64,000 nucleotides of DNA, taken from Candidatus Acidiferrales bacterium. GTDB lineage: Bacteria; Acidobacteriota; Terriglobia; Acidiferrales; 2-02-FULL-67-57. The stretch is taken from assembly GCA_965247455.1 (NCBI GenBank), contig CBDFHE010000010.1, positions 4,392 through 68,391 on the forward strand, written 5' to 3'. The notes beneath the pieces were generated by a model. The model made no database searches and was not told the origin of the DNA. It saw nothing but the letters and a program-made list of their open reading frames with translations. This document shows positions 57,037-64,000 of the stretch, in pieces; the first letter of the stretch is position 1; every line of letters starts with the position of its first letter. The position numbers and the translations under genes were made by a program.

Positions 57037-57298
57037 CTACCGACGAAACTCATGCCACTGCTCCAGCGTCTCGGCCATATTTCATCCCCCTGTTGGTTCC
57101 GCTCTTTCCATTCCCCGTAATTCTACTTTGTCCAGGACGCCCCATTGACCAATGACCAATCCGGACAAGGCGTCGGGCCGTACCAAGCCTGCTTCCCCGT
57201 TTGAGTCACTCAAGTTCTGAGCCAAGCTGCCGATGACGCAGGATAGCAAACGAATAGGACAAGTGTGGCACCTCCTTTGAACGGGGAGGAGAAAGCCA

Positions 57299-57439
57299 AT
57301 GGTTGTTACAGCAAACGTCAAAGAGCTTCACCGACGCTGGCGGCGCCGTCAGTTGATGTGGCACTGGGGCGAAATTGTGGTTGGCCTGGCGGGATGGGCG
57401 ACCCTGAGCTGGGCACTGGTTCGGTTCTTCGCCCACTAA
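57299..57439 (+). CDS. candidate small membrane protein (46 aa, below the track cutoff)
   Basis: My translation: MVVTANVKELHRRWRRRQLMWHWGEIVVGLAGWATLSWALVRFFAH. ATG lies about 8 nt after GGAGGAG. Arg-rich N-terminus followed by one TM helix. No homology claim. Confidence 0.25.
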   Translation: MVVTANVKELHRRWRRRQLMWHWGEIVVGLAGWATLSWALVRFFAH

Positions 57440-57556
57440 CCCCCGCACCGCCCGGAAACCGCTTCATACGGCCCGCTGCCGCAGCACGGCTACGCCACCT
57501 GCCTGGCCGCGCCGCGTCCCCCGCTTCCGCCAACGCTGAAACTGCTTCCCCGCCTG

Positions 57557-58867
57557 TCAACGCAAAGTAGAAATGTCCGGTTTTTTGCCAGATAGAAATG
57601 TCCTCCTCCAAGGGTGATCGGGAGGGGGAATGTACTTTCGTTTGCCTTTCCTTGGGCCCGCAAGCCCCGTAGGCCGTAGGCCGAAGGGGGTTGCGGGCGC
57701 GGGCGGCGGGCTCGGGCAGGGCCGCAGGCTGAGATAAGAGCCGCGGAAGCGGACCCAGCGGCTGCCGTCGAGCCGCCGTTCGACCTCCACCCGCGCCCCC
57801 CGCAACCCCGCTCGCACCTGGGCGCGCGGGATCGCCCAGCGCTGGCCCTGCCAGCGCACGGTGTAGTCGCCTGCCACCCGGCGCGGTTCGCGCACGCTCA
57901 GGATTGACTCCAGCCGCTGGGTGCCTCCCAGCGGGCGGTGGGCATCGTGCGGCTGGCGCGGAGCGACGGTGAAGCGCTGCTCCCAGAAAGGCAGGAAGAC
58001 TGCTGCCAGGAAGCGGTTGGCCTGCTCCACCGTGTGCACCCCGGCCAGGCGCATCTCCTTGACCAGGCGGTCCTGCAAGGTGCCGAATAGTCTCTCGATG
58101 CGCCCCTTGGCCTGGGGGCTGTGGGCGGGAATCCACTCGATCCCCAACTCCTGCAGGGCCCGCCCGATCTGGGTGCGGGCCGGCTGACCGCCGAGCTGCT
58201 CGTCGAGCCGGGCCGAGCGGGTGGTGCGGAACAGGCTGCTTTTGTCGGTATAGAGTGCCCGCGGCCGTCCCCAGCGCCGGAGCCAGCCTGCCAGGGTGCG
58301 CAGGTTTTCCTCGGTCGAGTCCTGGGCGGCGAAGCGGCCCCAGACCCGGCTGGTAGCGTCGTCGATCAGCGCGATCAACTGCACGGGAGGTCCGCGCCGC
58401 TCCAACCAGCGATAGGGCGAGCTGTCCATCATCACCAACTCGCCGAAGGCGGCCCGCCGCTCTCGCCAGACGTGCACCGCCGGCCTCCGCTGCCGGCGCG
58501 ACCGCCACAGCCCGGCGGCGGTCATCCACTGCCGCAGCGTCTCCCGGCTGACCTGCCACCCATCTCGCGCCAGGTGCTCGCTGGCCAGCGTGGGCCCAAA
58601 GTCGGCGTAGCGCCGCCGCACCTGGGCCAGGATGCGCCCCTGGAGGGCCGCTGGAATCTTCCGGTTCGAGGGCCGCCCCCGCAGCCGATGCACTACGCCC
58701 CTGTCCCCCTCCGCCCGCACCCGTCTCAGCAGACGCCGCAGGTGGCGTACGCTCACCTGCACCCGCCGGCCCGCTTCCACCTGGGTCAGATAGCCCTGCT
58801 CGACTTGGTGGAGTACCTTCAACCGATCCTGCTCCCGTTGGCTCAATTCGATTCGCTCCTCTCTCAT
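57557..58867 (-). CDS. DDE (rve/integrase-core) transposase, ISNCY-like
   Basis: 436 aa. N-terminal HTH (LSQREQDRLKVLHQVEQGYLTQVEAGRRVQVSVRHLRRLL), catalytic core (MMDSSPYRW...LIDDATS...LYTDKSS...HSPQAKGRIERLFGTLQDRLVKEMRLAG). Intact ORF. Family name is by recall. Confidence 0.85.
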   Translation of the reverse strand: MREERIELSQREQDRLKVLHQVEQGYLTQVEAGRRVQVSVRHLRRLLRRVRAEGDRGVVHRLRGRPSNRKIPAALQGRILAQVRRRYADFGPTLASEHLARDGWQVSRETLRQWMTAAGLWRSRRQRRPAVHVWRERRAAFGELVMMDSSPYRWLERRGPPVQLIALIDDATSRVWGRFAAQDSTEENLRTLAGWLRRWGRPRALYTDKSSLFRTTRSARLDEQLGGQPARTQIGRALQELGIEWIPAHSPQAKGRIERLFGTLQDRLVKEMRLAGVHTVEQANRFLAAVFLPFWEQRFTVAPRQPHDAHRPLGGTQRLESILSVREPRRVAGDYTVRWQGQRWAIPRAQVRAGLRGARVEVERRLDGSRWVRFRGSYLSLRPCPSPPPAPATPFGLRPTGLAGPRKGKRKYIPPPDHPWRRTFLSGKKPDISTLR

Positions 58868-58934
58868 CGTCCCTCCTGGCCCTGATGAAAGAGGACATTC
58901 CTACTTTGCGCAAATAGGACATTCTCACTTTGCA
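57557..58934 (-). mobile_element. insertion sequence with about 50-bp imperfect terminal inverted repeats, each containing two GGACATT(Y)CT.. motifs
   Basis: Right end: GGACATTCCTACTTTGCG (58893-58910) and GGACATTCTCACTTTGCA (58917-58934). Left end (reverse complement): GGACATTTCTATCTGGCA (57586-57603) and GGACATTTCTACTTTGCG (57561-57578). Exact tips could lie up to about 10 bp further out. No clear target duplication seen. Confidence 0.65.
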
Positions 58935-58956
58935 GCTACAAGTGGCCGCAAGCAGC

Positions 58957-58985
58957 TTGACAAAATTGCCAGTTCCGCTTACACT
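58957..58985 (+). promoter_or_regulatory. sigma70-type promoter of groES-groEL (TTGACA-17-TACACT)
   Basis: TTGACA at 58957-58962 and TACACT at 58980-58985 with 17-nt spacing. It overlaps the CIRCE operator, as is usual for HrcA-controlled promoters. Confidence 0.6.
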
Positions 58986-59010
58986 AGTACTCTCCCGGTG
59001 GGAGTGCTAA
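58984..59010 (+). promoter_or_regulatory. CIRCE operator (HrcA binding site)
   Basis: CTAGTACTC-N9-GAGTGCTAA versus the consensus TTAGCACTC-N9-GAGTGCTAA. Right arm perfect, left arm 7/9. Lies 124 nt upstream of groES. Confidence 0.8.
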
Positions 59011-59133
59011 GTCTCCCTGGGAGACCGCAAGGGCCCGATGGCCCGCAGTTCTGGTTGTTGCCTCGCCCGTAAAGTGGGGGAAAGGTAAGCTAAACCTGTA
59101 AGGGATTGTTACTTTCGTTCTGGAGGAGTAACT

Positions 59134-59451
59134 ATGAGTGTCAACGTACGACCGCTGCACGACCGAATTCTGATCCGGCGGCTGGAAGAGCAGGAGACGG
59201 TCAAAGGCGGTATCATCATCCCCGATACCGCCAAAGAGAAGCCGCAGGAGGGAGAAGTGATCGCCGTCGGCGGCGGCAAGAAAAAAGATGACGGAAAAGT
59301 GATCCCGCTGGACGTGAAGACGGGAGACCGCATTCTGTTCGGCAAGTATTCCGGCACCGACATTCACATCGACGACGAGGAATACCTCATCCTGCGCGAA
59401 GAGGAAGTGCTGGCCGTGCTGGAACCCGCCAAGGTAGGAGCCAAGAAGTAA
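59134..59451 (+). CDS. groES: co-chaperonin GroES
   Basis: [44 protein letters not shown]...[19 protein letters not shown] Shine-Dalgarno. Confidence 0.95.
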   Translation: MSVNVRPLHDRILIRRLEEQETVKGGIIIPDTAKEKPQEGEVIAVGGGKKKDDGKVIPLDVKTGDRILFGKYSGTDIHIDDEEYLILREEEVLAVLEPAKVGAKK

Positions 59452-59481
59452 GCTGGGCTCTGAGTTATGGCACAACCGTAA

Positions 59482-61155
<1,674 letters not shown>

Positions 61156-61244
61156 ATCCCCACCCGTCACGTCGAGTAGAACCTTAGTCCTGCTTGGCGA
61201 CGGACAAACCCCAACGGAGCATTCGCCTCTGTGGGAACGGATCG

Positions 61245-61290
61245 AGCCCGGTGGTTCCGAAAACTCGGGACCACCGGGCTTGTTTTTCTT
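61245..61290 (+). terminator. rho-independent terminator of groESL
   Basis: AGCCCGGTGG (61245-61254) pairs with CCACCGGGCT (61271-61280) and is followed by TGTTTTTCTT. Confidence 0.7.
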
Positions 61291-61363
61291 GCGCCCGGAG
61301 GCTCCTCCCTTCCTTTCCCAAAAGAACAAATTCCAAGGGTGGCGTTGCCCTCGCCAACGCGTG

Positions 61364-61492
61364 GGTAGTGTCTTAATTTAAGCGATTCGGAACTCGGCCC
61401 AAATCACACCGAGCCCTGCGGCCTCCGCCGCAGGGATTTTCGCTTCCCCCAGGCAGGGGCCTGGGGGCTCGGTGTGAAATTAAGACACTACC
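61364..61492. mobile_element. MITE-like element, copy A (perfect 16-bp TIRs GGTAGTGTCTTAATTT / AAATTAAGACACTACC)
   Basis: 129 bp. The TIRs are perfect reverse complements. An internal second inverted repeat TCACACCGAGCCC...GGGCTCGGTGTGA is present. No coding capacity. Confidence 0.7.
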
Positions 61493-61673
61493 GCCGTGTG
61501 GGCTGCCTTGCGCCGCTGCCCGGCTTCGGCTATAGTAGCCCTCTGCGCTAGGGGGTTGAGGATTTTGAACGCGGCCCACATGGACGCAAGGCGCGACGCC
61601 TTCCTCGAATTCGTCAACTGAAAAACAGAGAAGTGGAATAGCTTTAGGGGCTGGTTTCTAGGAGGAAAAACTA

Positions 61674-62300
61674 ATGGCCAACCTGCTCAGTCGGTTTCGA
61701 CCGCGCGAGCGAAGCTTTTTCGATCTTTTTACGGAAGTCACAGCCAACATCCAGGAGGCAGCGCAGGTGCTGGCCGCGCTGTTCGCTGACTACAAAGATG
61801 TGCCCTCGAAGGTAGATCACATCAAAGACCTCGAACACCGGGGCGATCAATTCACCCACGATCTGGCCACCAAGCTTAACCAAACTTTCATCACTCCGTT
61901 TGACCGCGAAGACATCCACCAACTCTCCAGCAAGCTGGACGATATCCTGGACCTGATGGATTCGGTGGCCGCCCGGCTGGTCATCTACCGCATACAGACC
62001 ATCCGTCCGGGCGCAAAAGAACTGGCAGACGTCCTGGTCCAATCGACACGCGAGGTCCATACCGCCGTCTCGCACCTGGAAAAGCACGACCGGATCCTGG
62101 AGCACTGCATCGAGATCAACCGTCTGGAAAACGAAAGCGACCGCATCGTGCGAGCCTCGATCGCCCGCTTGTTTGAAGAGGAAAAAGACCCGGTGGAGAT
62201 CATCAAGTGGAAAGAGATTCTGGAAGTGCTGGAGATTGCCTCCGATAAATGCGAAGACGTGGCCAATGTCCTCGAAACTGTGGTCATGAAAAACGCGTGA
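61674..62300 (+). CDS. DUF47 / PhoU-like phosphate transport regulator (Pit accessory protein)
   Basis: FFDLFTEVTANIQEAAQVL...HIKDLEHRGDQFTHDL...PFDREDIHQLSSKLDDILD...LENESDRI...KEILEVLEIASDKCEDVAN. Directly upstream of pit. Confidence 0.85.
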   Translation: MANLLSRFRPRERSFFDLFTEVTANIQEAAQVLAALFADYKDVPSKVDHIKDLEHRGDQFTHDLATKLNQTFITPFDREDIHQLSSKLDDILDLMDSVAARLVIYRIQTIRPGAKELADVLVQSTREVHTAVSHLEKHDRILEHCIEINRLENESDRIVRASIARLFEEEKDPVEIIKWKEILEVLEIASDKCEDVANVLETVVMKNA

Positions 62301-62384
62301 GCCGACGCGTCCCCATTCTTAACCCGGTCCGGACAAGAGTCCTGACCTGTTCCCCCTTCCGATTAACTTGATTGGAGTTCTGAC

Positions 62385-63371
62385 GTGGATGCCTCTGTCT
62401 TGCTGGTCCTGATCGTAGTAGTAGCGCTGCTGTTCGAGTTCGCCAACGGCTGGAACGACGCCGCCAATTCGATTGCGACCATCGTCTCCACTCGTGTGCT
62501 GAAGCCGCTGCCGGCGGTGGCCTGGGCGGCTTTCTGGAACTTCGTCGCCGCCTTTACTTTCGGCACCGCGGTCGCCAAGACCATCGGCAGCAAGATGATT
62601 AACCTAGACATGATCAACGGGTGGGTGCTGCTCACCGGCCTGCTCGGCGCCATCGTCTGGACGGGCGTCTGCACCTGGCTGGGCCTCCCCATCAGCGTCT
62701 CGCACTCCTTGATCGGCGGCTACGCCGGCGCGGCCATCGCCCATGCAGGTTTCGAGGCTCTTATTCTCGGGGGATGGGTGAAACCCGTTCTGGGCATATT
62801 TCTGGCGCCGTTCATCGGAATATTCGGTTCCATCATTGTCACGATTGTTACCAGTTGGATTGTCCACCGCCAAGCGCCGCAGAAGATTGACCGTTGGTTC
62901 CGCCGTCTGCAATTGGTTTCAGCGGCCGCCTTCAGCCTGGGGCACGGCACCAACGACGCCCAAAAGGGCATGGGGATTATCACCGCGGCATTGGTCACCA
63001 GCGGCGCCGTGGCTGTGTATGAAGTCCCGTTTTGGGTTATCATTACCTGTCACCTGGCCATCGCCGCTGGCACCCTGGGCGGCGGCTGGCGTGTAATCAA
63101 GACCATGGGGCAGAACATCACCAAGCTCACTCCCTTCGGGGGCTTCGCGGCCGAGTCCGCCGCGGCTCTGACTCTGTTCGGGACAGCCGCCACCGGAATT
63201 CCGGCCAGCACCACCCACACCGTCACGGGTTCCATCATCGGCGTGGGGGCCTCGCGCCGCCTGACCGCTGTTCGCTGGGGCGTTACCCGACCCATCTTCA
63301 TGGCATGGGTGCTGACCATGCCGGGCGCCGCCGCACTGGGCGCGCTGCTCTACTGGCTCATCGGTCGGTAA
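62385..63371 (+). CDS. pit: inorganic phosphate transporter, PiT family
   Basis: [23 protein letters not shown] and the second repeat [16 protein letters not shown]...[14 protein letters not shown]. Confidence 0.9.
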   Translation: MDASVLLVLIVVVALLFEFANGWNDAANSIATIVSTRVLKPLPAVAWAAFWNFVAAFTFGTAVAKTIGSKMINLDMINGWVLLTGLLGAIVWTGVCTWLGLPISVSHSLIGGYAGAAIAHAGFEALILGGWVKPVLGIFLAPFIGIFGSIIVTIVTSWIVHRQAPQKIDRWFRRLQLVSAAAFSLGHGTNDAQKGMGIITAALVTSGAVAVYEVPFWVIITCHLAIAAGTLGGGWRVIKTMGQNITKLTPFGGFAAESAAALTLFGTAATGIPASTTHTVTGSIIGVGASRRLTAVRWGVTRPIFMAWVLTMPGAAALGALLYWLIGR

Positions 63372-63380
63372 GGAAACGAT

Positions 63381-64000
63381 ATGGCAAGCAAGCCTGCTTC
63401 ATTTGCGACCGTCGAAGAAACGATTGAGGAAATCCGCCAAGGCCGCATGATTATCATCGTGGACGACGAGGATCGCGAAAACGAAGGCGACCTCACCGTC
63501 GCAGCGGAGAAAATCACGCCTGAGCAGATCAACTTCATGGCCAAGCACGGCCGGGGCTTGGTCTGCGTCTCTCTCACCAGCGAGCGCTGCGACCACCTGC
63601 GACTCCGCTCGATGACCGACGACAATACTTCCCCCTACGGAACCGCCTTCTGCGAATCCATCGATGCCGGCCACGGCATCTCCACCGGCATCTCCGCCGC
63701 TGACCGCGCCGCCACCATTCGCACCGCCATCGACCCGGCCACGCGCCCGGCTGACCTGGTGCGGCCCGGCCACATGTTTCCTCTGCGCGCCCGCAAAGGC
63801 GGGGTGCTGGTGCGGGCGGGACAAACCGAAGCCTCCGTGGATCTGGCCCGGCTGGCAGACCTGACACCGGCCGGCGTCATCTGCGAAGTCATGAACGACG
63901 ACGGCTCGATGGCGCGCGTTCCCGAGCTTACCGCTTTCTGCCGTCAGCACGGGTTGAAGATGGTTACGGTGGCGGACTTGATCCGCTACCGGCTGCGCAC
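63381..64000 (+). CDS. ribB: 3,4-dihydroxy-2-butanone-4-phosphate synthase (RibB domain; probably bifunctional RibBA; 3' end off window)
   Basis: My translation from ATG 63381: [65 protein letters not shown]...[32 protein letters not shown]... Confidence 0.9.
   Translation, partial: MASKPASFATVEETIEEIRQGRMIIIVDDEDRENEGDLTVAAEKITPEQINFMAKHGRGLVCVSLTSERCDHLRLRSMTDDNTSPYGTAFCESIDAGHGISTGISAADRAATIRTAIDPATRPADLVRPGHMFPLRARKGGVLVRAGQTEASVDLARLADLTPAGVICEVMNDDGSMARVPELTAFCRQHGLKMVTVADLIRYRLR

Noticed and set aside
57318-58928. 536-aa minus-strand ORF overlapping the IS transposase in another frame
   Set aside because: The 57557-58867 frame carries the HTH and DDE/rve motifs. This alternative frame is Pro/Ala/Gly/Arg-rich with no recognisable features.

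Overview
Visibly high-GC bacterial chromosomal window. Gene content and repeat style look Acidobacteriota-like, but that is a guess I cannot test here. It is densely coding and mostly housekeeping or envelope genes. I found no rRNA, tRNA or CRISPR array.

Order of content:
- Radical SAM gene (partial) and an IscU-like gene.
- pheA.
- DUF1232, MocA and XdhC maturation genes.
- A frameshifted membrane-anchored pentapeptide-repeat gene.
- A bactofilin to M23-peptidase operon.
- A frameshifted IS1380-like transposase.
- A complete System I cytochrome c maturation operon, ccmE-F-H-x-x-A-B-C-D. Its CcmE is the CxxxY (Cys) variant. Two uncharacterised membrane-protein genes are embedded in the operon, and one carries an extreme interrupted poly-C tract (C28, C21, C6, C12).
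- Oxidative pentose phosphate operon gnd-zwf-pgl-glk.
- O-antigen-ligase-like gene with an inserted PDZ domain, plus a lower-GC methyltransferase.
- YihY, aldehyde dehydrogenase, HAD hydrolase and LhgO-like oxidase.
- A Zn-ribbon/methyltransferase/kinase-like fusion.
- A frameshifted PilZ gene.
- A GT2-GT4 fusion glycosyltransferase with a 27-bp-repeat basic tail, plus a second GT2.
- A cluster of secreted proteins and lipoproteins (He_PIG repeat proteins, a metzincin).
- Homocysteine methyltransferase/MTHFR fusion.
- Sugar-nucleotide genes: wecB, a bi-domain oxidoreductase (frameshifted), an epimerase (in-frame TGA), rfbA and rfbB.
- MATE exporter, LacD-like aldolase and an AhpD-like protein.
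- An ISNCY-like IS inserted about 20 bp upstream of a CIRCE-controlled groES-groEL operon.
- DUF47/Pit phosphate transporter pair, and the start of ribB(A).

The intergenic DNA is full of a few families of nested palindromic REP/MITE-like repeats.

Five genes are split by single-base indels. In my reconstructions these sit at short homopolymers, so sequencing error is a serious alternative to real pseudogenisation.
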